64,000 nucleotides of DNA from an uncultured Planctomycetia bacterium (GCA_964572255.1 CAZNEE010000003.1:182539-246538), one strand, 5' to 3'. Positions 46,001-61,000 are shown, counted from the stretch's first letter. Numbers and translations are program-made. The notes: generated by a model not told the origin, from the sequence alone.

Positions 46001-49000
46001 CTTTGCCTTCAAGACCAAGTCCCCAGGCCTTATCTACTGCACCCCTCACTTCACCTTCTGACAGCCCGGTTATGCTTACCAGATCACTGACCATCTTATC
46101 TTCATTCTTAAATGCCGCAATCATTCCGCCAAGACCTGAACTTTTTACTTTATTGCCGTAATCTTCAAGCGCTCCTATCTCTCCGAACTTAACATATGTA
46201 TCAGCTATAACCTCTTTCTGTTTTTCATCCAGGTTGCCGTAATTGATCTTAGCTGATACATTGAAGGTATCCTTGAGCGAATGCGTGCCGGCCGGATTGA
46301 ACGTAACAACAAAGCCCTCAACGTTATCGATCCCTATACTATGCTCATCACTAATCTGATCCAAAAGTTCATCCATGGTACATGCTGAAACTTCACCTGC
46401 GCCGAAAATATCCATATTGGCGATAGCTACAACAACATTTGCTCCGACCTCACCGCCAACCGCGACATTAAAACCACAGCTTGCTTTGTAAGTAAAGTAC
46501 TCTTGTTTTTCGCCCCTGCTATCTATATACTGCTCCTTTTCCCCGAGACTGATGCTTATCCACCCTTTAACGTCGTCTTTACCCAGACCCACAAATTTAT
46601 CTCCCATCCCAAAATCGATCCTGGCATCGTAATCATTACTGGACCTTGAATATAATATCGAGACCTGATCGTCTTTACTTAAGATGCCCCCCTCCAATAA
46701 TGGAAAGAGATCCATGCTGCCGCCGTAGGATTTACCTTCAGAATCTGTATAATCTATGGCCAAGCTGGACCTGCCGATGCTTTCTACAGTCGTAAAACCT
46801 ACCAGGTGACCGTCTTCTCCCATCTTCAAGACAACTTTTGACTTATCGATGTTCATGCCTTCTCTGCCTAAAAGATCTGCCGCAAAGGACCTTCCGGTCC
46901 CCCCTTCAAATAATTCCGCAGTTAATTGAGAGAGGCTTTCTTCAACGCTTTCAGTGCTGGTAAGTTTTTCCGCTAGACTATTTACCGCTTCGTACTGTTC
47001 CTTGTTGCCGGGCGCAAAATAAGTCTCTTCATCTATCCCAAGTATATCCATTGCAACGCTGCTACGGATATAATAATCGCTCTCCGTAATTATGACCTCG
47101 CCTTTTTGAAGTTCGCCTTTACCATTAAAAGTAAATTCACCTTTTCTGCCGTTATATTCCCCTGTTAAACTGATCTTGGCATCATCGGTAGCTTCGAAGT
47201 CAGATAATACTTTCTTCAAAGTATCTTCAGTATAACTGCCGGATAACTGGGCAAAAGTCAGCAACTCGCCATCTTCAAAAACAAAATTGCCTTGCACGCC
47301 TTTATATTCACCTACGTACATATCCATCAACTTGCTGCCGGCCTCGTTAAGGAAGTGATATTCGCCTTTTTTCTCATCGCCGTAACCGATAAGTTTTCCA
47401 TCTTCAACTACACCTTTATATTCATTGGTTATTGTTCTTCCGTCTTCGGTCTTCTCTGCCACAACTACTGTAAATCCTACAACCTCTCCTTTTTCGCCCA
47501 ATGCCTTCTTGCCGGCGGCAACATCCGCTAGTGTAGCAGGACCTTTACCATCAAAGCTAAAGTTGTTTGTTCTTACGCTTATTTCTTTCTCTTCTGAAAC
47601 CTCATTCATAACCTTAGTATCAGTTCTTGAAATCATTGTAGAGCCTTCCGCCTTGATGCCTCTAAATTGAAACTCGCCTTCAGGATCCGGCATAAGCATT
47701 GCCAGCGAACCGTCTTCTTTCTGGAGGATAAAAGTGATTCTTTTGGTCGCTTTATCTTCATCTACATAGCCACTTCCTACTTCTTCCCCGTCAGCTGTTA
47801 ATGTGAACGTGTGTCTACCGATCGCAACGCCAAAGGAACCAAGGAGCTGTTCAAGGCCTTTGGCCGTCTCTTCGGTGAAGGCATCCCTATTGGCCAGTAT
47901 GTTTCCCGCAATAATATTTATATCAGATGACTTTCCTTTATAGACTGCCTTATCGTATATTTCGCCGAGTTCGGCTGCCTCTTCCTTGCCTTTACCCATC
48001 TCGACCTTGACCAAAGTGCCGTCCTTACCTTTAAATATCAGTTCATTCTTGGAGTCATAGAACTTATCGTTCGAAACCAGCATCATGGCCAGATTAAAAT
48101 CGGTTAATTCCGCCCATTTTTCACTGCTGGTCGTATCTCTTATAGCAGACCCTAAAGCTCCTACCCATTCTTTTGAAGTATTGTTAAGTCTTGAAACTAT
48201 CTTCTGGAACTGGCCTGCAAATAAGTTGTCTTTATCGCCAAATAAAGTATCCATGCTGACTACCATGAACGCAGCATTAAGCTTATTAAGTTCCCTGCCG
48301 GTAGCATGCTCTATCGCGCTGGCCATACTTTTAACCATATCCTCTGATAAGTTGTTTAATCTTGTTACTATTGACTTAAACTTATCGCCATTAAATGACA
48401 AGGCCTCTTTGCCCTCTACCATCTTGGAGATAAAGAAGCTGTCCATGCCTGCCATCATCACCGCTGCACTTACTACGCCTACCTTTTCGCCTGTTGCTTT
48501 CTCTATGGCGGATGCGAAAGATTTAGTGTTATCTGATGAAAGCATATTAAGTCTTTCTACTGTTGACTGGAACTCTGTTCCATTGAATGAATCTAATGCC
48601 TTTTCGCCTTTTACCGTCTTAAAGTTAAAGAAACTGTCCATGCCGGCCATCATAACTGCTGCGCCTATTGCACTCATCTCTTCGCCTGTTGCTGTCTTGA
48701 TGGCGGCTGCGAACGCTTTAGTATCATCTCCGGTCATCATGTTAAGTCTTGCTACAGTAGACTTAAACTCTGTTCCATTAAATGACAGGACTTCTTTGCC
48801 TTCTACCATCTCGGAGCTGAAGAAATCCTTAAGACCGGCCATCATTACTGCTGCGCTTATTGCACCCATCTCTTCGCCTGTTGCTGTCTTGATGGCGGCT
48901 GCGAATGCTTTAGTACTATCTTCAGTAATCACATTAAGTCTTGCTACTGTTGACTTAAATTGATCACCATTAAATGAATCTAATACTTTCTTGCCTTCTA

Positions 49001-52000
49001 CTGTCTTAAAGTTAAAGAAACTATCCATGCCGGCCATCATTACCGCTGCGCTAATTGCGCTCATCTCTTCGCCCGTTGCTGTCTTAATAGCGGAAGCGAA
49101 AGTTTCAGTATTATCTTTAGTCATCACATTAAGCCTTGCTACCGTTGACTGGAACTTATCGCCATTAAATGACAATACCTCCTTGCCCTCTACCGTCTTG
49201 GAAATAAAGAAGCTGTCCATACCGGCCATCATTACCGCTGCGCTAATTGCGCTCATCTCTTCGCCTGTTGCTTTGTTGATGGCGGCTGCGAATGCTTTAG
49301 TGTTATCCGCTGAAAGCATATTAAGTTTTGCTACTGTGGCTTTAAAGCTTGTTCCGTCAAATGAGTCTAATACTTTTTTGCCTTCTACTGTCTTAAAACT
49401 GAAGAATTTATCTATACCTGACATCATAATTGCTGCACTTACTGTGTCTATCTTATCGCCTGTTGCCGTCTTGATGGCAGAAGCAAATGCTTTGGTATCA
49501 TCTCCAGTCAACATGTTAAGTCTTGCTACTGTGTCCTTGAAGCTTGTTCCGTCAAATGATGTTATTTCTTGATTGAAGAATTTTTTCATACCGGAGATTA
49601 TGATAGCTGCCTGCACAGCGCCGACTTCCTTGCCTGTAGCTTTGCCTAATGCACCTTTAAATGAGGCGACATCATCTTTAGTAAGTAAATTGAGGGCTTT
49701 TACGGTAGAGGTAAATGTATCTGCGTCAAAAGAAGAAAGGTCCTCGCTGAACAATTTACTCATGCTTGCCATAATAAGAGCGGCGTTAATCAGGTTCATT
49801 TCCTTGCCGGTTGCATGCTGCATAGCGTCTTTAAACGAGGTAACATTATCTTCAGTCAAAAGACCGAGTGCCTTGATGGTAGAATCAAATGCTTCAGAAT
49901 TAAATGACTCAAGACGCTTGCTAACCGCACCTGTTCTTTCATCTTTCACTTCTTTAAAATTGAAGAACTGTTCCATCCCAGCTAGCATGTCTGCCGCGGC
50001 AGTCTTATCTATTTCGATGCCGGTAGCTTCTGTTAAAACTTTCGCAAATGCTGAAACTGTCTTTTCATCAAGCATATTAAGTGCTCCGACAACTTTTTGG
50101 TTATCAAAGGACGCTACAACCTTCTTGCCATCAACTTCCTTGAAAGTGAAGAATTTATCCATACCCTGGAGCATAACTACAGCATTTAATGCAGGTAGGA
50201 GATCTCCTGTAGCGTTACTCATGGCGCCTGCATAGTTTGCGACATCATCTCGAGAAACCATACCGAACCTTGCAAGATCGAATAATAATGCCCTGCGTTC
50301 CTTGCTCATGCCGGCTATAATATTTATGACATTACCTATTTGCTGAGGACCGAATTTAGCACCGGTTGTTCTTTCAAAATGGCTGATCACCATGCTGAGC
50401 TTTTTAGCGCCTTCTTCTGTGGCCATTTCTTTAAACGCTTCTATTCTTGAAGCAAAGGCTCCCTTTATCAGGTTTCCATCGGCATCAAACTGATCTTTTG
50501 ACCTTACCATTGCCATCATCACATCGCCCAGCCTGATCTCGCCAAGACCTTGAGATTTACGTACTGCATTAAGCGCACCGGCGAAACTTTCCGAGATAGC
50601 TCTTCCCGCACCTGTGGCAAGACTTTCTAATCTATTAAAATCGAATGTCAAATTGCCGGAACTGAAGAAAGTAAAAGTAAATTCGGTATTAAACATCTTG
50701 CCGACAACTATTACATCTTTGACTGAGATGCCTTGTTCGGCCGCGGCGCTCAGGGCGGAAGATTTTAGGGAAGCTTCATCAGGATAAGTCCCGCCGGATA
50801 TGATAAGGGTCTTTTCGCCGGTGATCATGTCAGCTCTTATCGTGAATGTCTCTCCGGTGACCCTTACTTCTTGTGTTATCTTGGTAAGAACTATCTGCGG
50901 TTTGGCAAAAGGTTCTATTGCCACTGCGCCTTGTCCGAATGACTGCAGTGCATCCGTCCTGAACATGCCTACCTGAGCTACGGGGGCTATGCTTGCCATT
51001 TCTGTCCGGCCGACGGAAGTGATCCTTACATCTTCTTCGGCCTTCCCGCCTTCTACCATCTCGACTTTCATGATCTCTGAGCCCTTAGCAAAGAACATGA
51101 TCGTCTCCAGGCCGCCTCTTGCCAATTCCTGCATCGCACCTGCTACTGTTTCTCTTGCGGCAGCTGCAATGATAGGCTCAAATCTCGCAACAACCGGAAT
51201 AAAGATTAATTCTGCCATGAGAGCTTCTGCTCTTTGCGCGATTGTCTCTTTAACATTAGCTCCTCTGAGCCCGCCTATCACCTCTGCAACCTTGGCCATT
51301 TCTGTTTGCGGAATAATATCTATAGGCATGATGTCCAGGATCCTGCCGTCAGCGAGTTTCAGTGCCAATGCCTGGATACCGGTTATCGTCTGTCCTTCCA
51401 CTTTGGAGAATAACAAGACATTATCTACCCATCCTTTTATGCCGGTCCTTAATTCTTTAGCTATAAGGCTTGCCAACGCCATGAATTCCGCAAGAGAAGT
51501 TGCTTTCACTTCGGTAAGTGCAAGGAACTGGGCGACTTTGGCTTCCGCTTGTTCAATATCAAGCATGAACTCGCCTTCCTTAGCCTTCATGAGCTCGATC
51601 TTTGTATCAAGCTCTATTTCGGTGCTTACTCTTCCCAAAAGACCGAAACTTTCAAGCTGGCCTTCTCTATATTCGGAGGCGAATACTGAGTCAGAAGCTG
51701 TGAACTGTATGCCTGTTATGCCTGTACCGGCCGCAACTGCTTCAAATTCTTTGGATATATCAAGAAGTAGCTCTAATCCTGTGCGTTCCTGGATGTCAAC
51801 ATCAGCAAGGCTTATTGTTATACCGGCACCGATCCTTCCCAGCGCCTCAAAAGCTTCCTGGGTGAACGGTATACCGACCGAGCCGCCTTCACCCGCCAAC
51901 CTTATAACATCCCCGGAAACTGTCCTTATGCCTTGTATTACTTTCTCGTCGCTGGCTAATGTTTGCGTGATAACCCCGGCTCCGGTTTCAGCTGAAATTA

Positions 52001-55000
52001 CGTTAGGATCAGCCGCCTTCCGGGCAATGTCTATTTCCACGCCTGCCACGGTCAGCCTGCCTGCTTGCACCCCGGCAGCTCCGAAAACAAGCCCGATCAC
52101 TGCATCGAACACATCCTCAGGCCTTACCCCCGCCAGAATGCCCGCAGTTGTCTCAATGCCTATCTTTCTAAGCTGTTCTTCTGATAAGCCGGTCAACCCG
52201 CCGATATCGATAGTCCCGGCTTCAACATCAACGAACTTTGAAATGTCCATTCTGGTGAGAGCCATTATGGCTTTTGTGGCGGCTCTTTCATCTTCTTTTC
52301 CGGCAACGGATATTGAGACAGTTTTAAGGTCTTCTCCGAGCTTGACTTGAGTGGTATATCTTACGCTTTGAAGCTGTCCGTCTACATAAACCTCGGTCCT
52401 GACTACCTGGACTTTCTTGGTCTCGATCTTCCCCGAACTTGGGTCTCTTACCTGCACCGACCTTTCCGCGAGAACCATATCCCTTCTTTGTACAACCCGT
52501 TTCCTGCCTGTCTCGGGATCTTCGACTATCTCCGTTCCCGGCGGGAGCTTATCTTCAGCCCTTTCGACTACCACCTGAGGCAGCAAGACAACCCTGCCCG
52601 AGATAACCGCTGTTGTGAATACCGTGACTTTCGGCTCCTTGCCTACCTGCTGTCCTGTCGGGTCAAAATCAAACCTCTTCTGTATCCATACCTCGCCGCG
52701 TTTTTCCCATTTGATCATAGTGTAGCCAATGAACCTGCCCTCGAGATCGTAGCTGAAAGTAAAATCTATAAGATCTTTGCCTCCGGTAACGGTAAACTGG
52801 TACCCGACAACCTTATCTTCATCATCTTCACTGGTCACACCAGTAACCATTACTATGCGCCTGCGGTCTTCGAAGATCTGGCCGATCGTTATCTCTTTTT
52901 CCTGCTCCTTTCCCGTATCGTCTTTTTCCTTATATGTCAACTTTTTGTCCTTACCCTCTATCTTCAGGATAAGTTCTATGGCGAGATCGCTTATCTCGAT
53001 CGTCATCTTATCGATCATCGCGGCCGCCTCATCAAGCGTTTTAACTCCGAAAACCTGTGTTAAATATTTCTCATCTGCCCCAAGTCCGGTCCTTATAATT
53101 TCACGGGGATTACTCTGCGCCCTTTTCCATTCATCAGCAATGGTCATTAAACTATCCCGGATAGTATCAAACCTTTCTTCCCTGTCACGGAAATATACCC
53201 ACGCTGCAGCGCCGGCAGTCGCATCATAATCAACAGAGTTAGCTACAGTAGAATAGTCTCCAACCAGCTCATTGCCCGCCAGGAGGGCTTTATTCAGAGC
53301 TACATCCACTGCATCTTCAATAACATCCCGCCCGGTTAACATATCCTTACCAAGCGCGATTTTGAGTATATCTGAAGCCGGGAACATTTTCTCGGCCAGA
53401 TCGTCCTCCTCAACAGCATTAAAATCATCAAGCAGATTAAACACGCCGTCATTGATTATATCGTTGTATTGATTAATGAGGTCCGTCTTTTTCTGATCGA
53501 GTTTCGCTTTATTTAAGTTATAAAGTGCGTCTTCCGCCAGAGAAAGTGCGGCACATTTACTGTCTATCGCCTTTTTCATCTCTTCCCAATTCTCTCTGGC
53601 TGTCCTGCGCTGATCAGCGATCTCATCAAGGGATTCGTCGGTTCGCCGTTTGCTTTCCTTAAACGAATCCATCATCCGTTCGATGGCTCTGTCATGTGCT
53701 GCACCCAGACCCTGTGAGTGGTCTTTTATAACCGTCTCCACCGGTTGAAGCGTGTTTGGATCGGTAAGATACTTGGCTGAAAGGATCAGATCAATAAAAT
53801 CCTTAATATATTTATCTAAAATCTGTCTGCTGGCGGCATCAAAACCGGTATTAAAGCTTTCAACATCCTTTTCGATCAAATCTACTATAGCGCTGTCAAG
53901 CTGGTAAGTCGGATCTACCTGCTTCATTACCTCTTCAAGCGACCTATAACACTGCTTTGCCATAGATTGAAGCTGTGTGATATACCCGCGCTTGATGTTA
54001 GCTTCGGCCCTGTTAAGCTCCCGCCTTGTCTTGTAATATGCTTCATCATTTTCGGCATGTAAATCAGCTTTCCAGGCATTTATGCGGGCTTTTCTTGCGT
54101 CTCTTACAGCCATAAGGTCATCGTTTATATTGTTATACGTCTCATTGATCAAAGCTTCTTTTAATTCAACATTGTAGAAATCCTTGATGTTATCAAACCT
54201 GGCTTCATCCGCTTCCTCAAGCTTTTCTGCAACAAGTTGATCCAGCCAAATTTTCCTAATAAGAAATTCATCGCTAAGATCCACCGAGATCAGATCGGTG
54301 CCTGTATCCGCTCCCTCTATCAATTCAATCGTAGTATACGAACCCAAAATATACGGATCCAGCTCAATAATGCCCACTTCAGTGGTATAGTCCCCGACCG
54401 TGAAGTTGCCCTCTTTATCAACCAAATAATCTGCATCCCCATTACCGGTTAGATCAAATCCGTAGGGATTATATATATAGGAAGACCTGTAATAAACCGG
54501 ATCGGATTCGTCTTCAGGAGCGATATACTTACCTACATGATGCCATGATTCTTCAAGAGCTTGCCAGTAGAACCATTGACGTGCGGTCGGATAATGATGC
54601 ACGAGGCGCTTATCATTAATAGTTGTATAGTCTCCTGTAGGCATGCCAGCCGATGTATAATCCCCGTTTCTTTCCGTGGGCAATTTACCGTAGCTTTCTT
54701 CCTGGAGATCGGATCCAAATCCCCATGAAGTCGAGTATTCATTACTAATAGCGGCTCTGGCAGAATTATTAAGCTGAAAACCAAGGCCATAATAACGCCA
54801 GTATTTTTCCATAAGAGTTTTTATCTCGTTGTTCCGGCTTGTTCCACTTGACCATTTCACGTGCTCATTATCAGCTATGCCTCCTCCATTAGCATTTGTA
54901 GTATATGAACCTGCCACCGCAGGAGTTGCGCCCTCTCCTGCCGGAAATGGTGCGGCTTGTAATGCCGCGTCAACCATAAGGTCTGAAAGTTTCCAGAGAT

Positions 55001-58000
55001 CAGCCATGATGCCCTTGGTTTCATCATCCCGGACATCGGGATTATACTGGTTGCCCTCACCGCTTATAGCATGGAAATCGAACACAACACCCAGATCATC
55101 ATGTCCCAATTCATATAATATCCCGCCCATCGGGTCCAGTATACTTAGATATCCCCCGCCCTGACCCTTTATGTCATTGCGCTTGAAACAGCTATCAGCA
55201 AGATCATCCGCCCCCTTCAGCAGACCAAGCACGGTTGTATCATCACCTGTTGCGCTGATAGCGAGTCTTTCATCCAAGATCGCTGCTACAGTTGAATAGG
55301 CTCCCGTTAAATACCCATTATTGCCAAGCCTATTTTCTCTTTCCTGATTTGTAAACCCTGCACTGAAATTGCTGTTCGGGGAACCGTCACTCGCCGCCTG
55401 TGCGGCACTATCGATCTCATCGAGCATATCGCTTTGGATGGCACGTTCTTCAGCCAAACTGTCTTTTGTTTCGCGCAGCCATTTTCTGGCATCTAAGTAT
55501 GACCACGTCAGGTTGGTTTTGGCGGCCGCTATCTTTTCCCTCGCTTCTCTTTCTATATCAGCAGCCTCCTTAAGCTTATCTGCCGCGCCTATTACTATTT
55601 CTTCATATTTTTCGGTAATAACATCGAAGTTCTCCGTTAGATCAAGTTTAGCTTTAACAGTTTTACTTGTACCGTCGCGGGCTGTAATTTCAACTCCCTC
55701 AAAACCCTGATAAAGCTTCTTAAAATCTGTACTGCTTAAGGGGTTCTTCTTATATCTTGGATCGTCAGGTCCGCCGGAACCGCTATCCTCGTCGCCTTCA
55801 CCGCTAAGACCCAAGCCGTCCCCAAACGTCGCATTCCACCACTCTTGCATATTAACCCAGGCTATCCATGTCTGTGTATCTACAACACCTGTGGGTGGCG
55901 CGCAACTGCCCGTCGCTATTCCTCCTATTGGTTGTTCATAAGGTCCGGTGCTAATGCCTATAAATCCTCCCCATTCGCAATAAACGTTCCACAATGCACC
56001 TATATCAAAGTCAGCATCAGGAAGTTGTCCCCATAGATTTGCAAGCATATCAAGAAGCGACTGGGGCTGATCTTTCTCCCTATCTTCAATAAAGAGAAAA
56101 TCGGGTTTTGCTGAACCATCACCATATTTTCTGCCATCGTTAAATGTTTCACCATTAAGATACTCGCCCAATTCATAAGCTTTATCAAGGAATCCAAGCA
56201 TTTCTTCGCGTTTCTCATGCATTGTATCCAGGATCTCTTCAAAAGCGTCATACACCATGTCCCTCGCTTCGGTGAGAAGACGCTCTACTTCAGTCTGCAT
56301 TGTCACGACAGCGGTCTTAAGAATATCGATCTCACTGTTCATGTTCTCTAAGGCCCCTTTAGCATTTTCAAGTGACGTCCTGATATTATTAAGAGATTCC
56401 TGGTAAGCGCTTAATTGCTGTGAATCGGGAACTGTCAACCAGCCGGCATTAAGCATCTCTTCTATTTCATTTACGCTTAACTGCACTTTATCTGAATATA
56501 TCCCTTGTACACGGGATGTATATTCACCGGTTACCTGCAACAATTCATTTATCTTCTCCGTAAATGCGGTGGTATATTCACCTTGCTTTTGGGCGATCTC
56601 GCTCCCGTCTCCCGTATCAAGCATTTCAGTGATATTAGACCTTAGACCATAACCGTCTTCCCATGGTGTCCTGAAATCATGTATATCTAACCCTTTTAAT
56701 TCCCCGTCAGCATGCCAAAGTTCTTTTAAACATTTATCAAAAAACTTCTCACCCTCTCCAAGCGTGTAGTTGTATACATCAAGCGCCCCGGCTTCATCTG
56801 AATTTGTGTACAGGTTCTTCCATATCGGAACCAACTCGTCCAGATAATCCTGGAGATTACCCTTCTGATCGTTCCAGTAATCCTCCACCTCAATCCTGAT
56901 ATTGCCGTAAGCTCCTGCCAGATCGTCGCTGTATAAACTTAAATAGCCGTCTTCTGCAGGGTTGACGAGCCTGTCCCGGATCACCGTGTCATATTCAGCG
57001 AGGGCTTCAAGATACTCGCTCATCGAAGCGGGCACTGTATAAGAAACGCCTCCCGTGCTTGAAGAGCCGGAGTCTCCCGCGCGCAAAGTAGCATAGGTTC
57101 TTTCGAGCACGCTTTCATTTATCGGGATAGGTATCATGCTGCCGTCCGGACCTATTTGAAATAGATCTATATTGGTCTTTCTTCTTGTGCCGGTCTCTGA
57201 ATTAGAGGAATCCGTACCATAGTCAAACCTTGGCCACCATAACCTTTCAAGAGGATACCCCTGATAAGAAGAGCCGTACTCTATGATCAAGCCCGGTTCG
57301 TTGATCCCTCCGTCATCGCCTCTCGTGAAGTAAGTGATCTCCCATCCGCCTCCGGCAAGATTTTTTACCTGTTTACGCCATGTGCGGTTATCTCTAGGCG
57401 GCTGTATATTCAGCTCGCCGAGGAACTGTCCGTATTTATTGTTAAGTTCATTTTCCTTAGGCCCGTAATATTGAAGTGATGTTAATGTCCCTTTCCAGTC
57501 GTAACTTTCAATTGACATGCTTACGCCAAATGGCTCATAAAGATCGACGCCTGCCATGGTGTAATTGTAAAGATCTTCAGGGAAAGGTATCGAGCCGTAC
57601 CAGTATCCATCATGAGAAGAAACGCCCTGGCCGCTTGTAATACCAAAGAAACCGCCGCTTGAGGTGCTGCCACCGGCAAAACTTGACCTGCCTGCGCCTT
57701 TGATCTCTTTTGCTTTTTCGTCTTCAACTTCTTCTCTTTCCGGTATATTCGTAAATGTAACAACATAACCGGACCATTCTCTCATGAAACTGTTCTTAGA
57801 AACCGTCAGCTCCTGGCCATCCTCGATTATCGTGAGTATGTCGTCTGCATCTATATCTGTAACCGTAAGATAATGGTTCGATCCTATATACGCAAGAACC
57901 GTCGCACCGCTCTGAATAAGCGCTTTAAGAGCACCGAACCCGTGTCTTCTGCTGTTATAAGCGGAGTATTCATACACATCAGGCGTGCCGTCTTCGTCAA

Positions 58001-61000
58001 AATCAATAGCAATAAGATCATTGATATCCTGCGGGCTGAGGTCGGAAGAGATAAGCACCTCCATCATATCGGGTATACTGTCAGAATCTTTATCATCGAA
58101 ACCGGCGGCATCAAGATCGGCATAGATCGCATATTCATAAACATCCGGCACAAGGTCAAGATCAACATCCTGAGCGAACAGACTGTTAACATCCGTGATC
58201 GTTATAAGGTCTCCCGCAAGAAGAATCTCAAGCTCATCAGGTATGTCATCTGTATCAGTATCAAGCGGTACTTCAAGATCATAGGCATAAGCTTGCTGAC
58301 CGGTCTGGTCAAACGCGGTCTGTTTAAGTCCGAGAAGTGATAACTCAAGCTCGTCCCCCTCACTCGGAGCATCAGGTATAACTTCAAAGATAATATCGTT
58401 TATTATCGCCTGCGCGGCCATTGCCGCAAAATCCGTAACAGCAGCAACAGGATCGATGAATGCTTTAAGTGCCGTAAAAGCGCTCATGCCGAAATGTTCA
58501 GATTGTCCGTTGAGCCAATCGAGTATGTTGCTGATAGCTTCCTGTGTCTTGCCGCTTACGTTCTCAAGCCAATCTGAAACAAAATTAATCACGTTCTCTC
58601 TTACAAACTCATCGATCACGCTGATCCCGGAGAATATTATGCTTGCCGATCCGGCGATTTCTTCGCCTTCAGAAATATTCGCCTCAAAGTGAACGGCATC
58701 TTCCCCGGTTATCCTATCGGCCAGATCATCCAGAGTCATTGGCGTTGAGTCTATATCGGTTAACATGGTGGTCCCGTCGATACCTATCTCAAAACCTCCG
58801 ACTATTACGAATGAATCGAGAGAGGAAAGATCAAAGTCCACCAGATCCGGCTCAGCCATATCAACTTCTTTAACGATCAGCTCTTCAGCTATCCAGCCCG
58901 TCTGATCCTTTTCTACTTCAGCTTCAACAAAAATGTTATCCTTCTTTTCTTTTACTTCCAGCTTTATCGCTGTACCGTTATCATCAGTGACTTTCACGTA
59001 AGTGGAGAGTCCGTTTCTTTCATTGGTATTAAATATATCAACAAGTTCCCACCATGCTATACTTTCACCGAACGAATCCAGTATCTCAACAGCTTCAGGA
59101 TATACAGCGAATTCGACTATATCTTCAACGGTATCAAGATCCGTATCTTCCATTAAACTCGACATAGTATCAAGATCTCCAAAAAGCAAAAATTCCAGTA
59201 TGTCATAAACGCCGTCTGTGTCCGTATCACCGATAATCCATTCATCGCTGTCAATATCAATAAGGTTGCCGTATATGATATATTCGATTATGTCCGCCAC
59301 ACCATCCGCATCAGAGTCATGCAGTATGGTATCTCCCGGGTTCATTACACCGAGATCACCGTAAAGCGCAAGTTCAAGACTGTCATAAATATCGTCCGCA
59401 TCTGTGTCTGTATAACCAGAGGCGTCTCTGTAAAGGCTGTCGGCAAGTACATAGCCCACGCCGTTTACAGTTATCGTCCTTGCTATATAATCTACGCCGT
59501 TTACCAGGTAGTCAGGGTTATCCTTTATAAGATCGAAAAGGTCCTGAACAGTAAGAGGCGTTCCTTCTTCGGAGAACATAACAGTTTCACCGGTTATACT
59601 AACAGTCTTCTCGCCTACATCGATGGTGCTTGCGGCCGTGTTCACATCGTTCAGTTTTCCGTTTATAACAGTGGATAAGACAGTTGGGATCTTTATCTTC
59701 TCAGCCTGCCACGGGTTTTCCTCCGACTGCGTTACCCATGCATATGTGTCAATTCCGAAAAATGAGTTGCTATCATAGATCCTTTCAAGGTCCTCCCAGT
59801 TGAAATGCGCACCGGATATATCCTCTACATAAAAATCCGGAGCCGGTGAAAGCGTAAAATCAACTCCGCCAAGAGTGAACATATCACCGGAAGCATCAAG
59901 ATTATCCAGCACACCGCTGATCATTGGAACATCAATAGCTGAAATAGCTTCAAGAATGTTGTCGTACATATCCGTTATAAGATCTATTCTCTTTATAAGC
60001 CACTCGCCTTCTTCCCACACAAGGTTTGCTTGTACATAAATAGCTGCCGACATGTCTCCGGTGATCAAATTGACCAGATCGTCAAGGCCCTGTAAATCTA
60101 TAGGCTCTCCCCTGTCATCATAAAACGCATAATTTTCGGCAAGCTCATACGGAGTACCGCCTAATGTGACGGTGGTATCCGTACCTATATCCACCGATTC
60201 GATCAGCTCCGTGATATCGCGCGTGTAATCAATCGGTTTGGTGCGAACATGTAACTCAAAGGCCCGCATTGTTCCGTCCGGACGATATGAAGATCCAACA
60301 TCCACGAAAGTATCTATATTCTCTAAAGCGTTATCCTGCATTATCTGGTCCAATTGATCTAGACTTATGGAATTGCCGTTAAAATCTGTGATCTTTGTAA
60401 GCGGTGTTATATCAAAAACCAGGCCCTTTATGTCGATTGTCCCATCAACCGGATCCAGACTGTTTATCACAATGCTGTTAATCTTGCCCGTGGCATCCGT
60501 TGAACCGGAAAGATCCGTGAGAAGATCCACCCTGGTGACATAAAATACATCGTTTACCCTGCTGGTTTCCACCCTTAGATACATGCTTCCGGCTATTAGA
60601 TCATACAAATATTTAAACTCGCCAAAGGAAATGCTGCTTCCATCAATATCGTAAAAATGAGTTCTTTCATCTATCTCATAGGTATTATTATCATAAATAA
60701 TTTCCCCTTTATTCTCATCGGACTGATTTACATTAACCGACAAGCTGCTAGCCAATATATGATCGAATGTAAAGCCAAGTTCAGCGGTAAAAGTTCTTAC
60801 TAGTTGAATTTCAGCCGCTTCCCATTCATTGCTGCTTACTTCGAAGATCTTTAGGGTAACAACATCCTGAAGACCTTCTTCAGCGCTTGATCTCAATCTT
60901 TCCATCAAGTTATCTAAACTAGTAACATCTCCGGTAATTAAGGTGCTGCCGGTGATCCTTACCCGGGTCGTACCGTTGATTTCTATAAGCTCATAATCAG

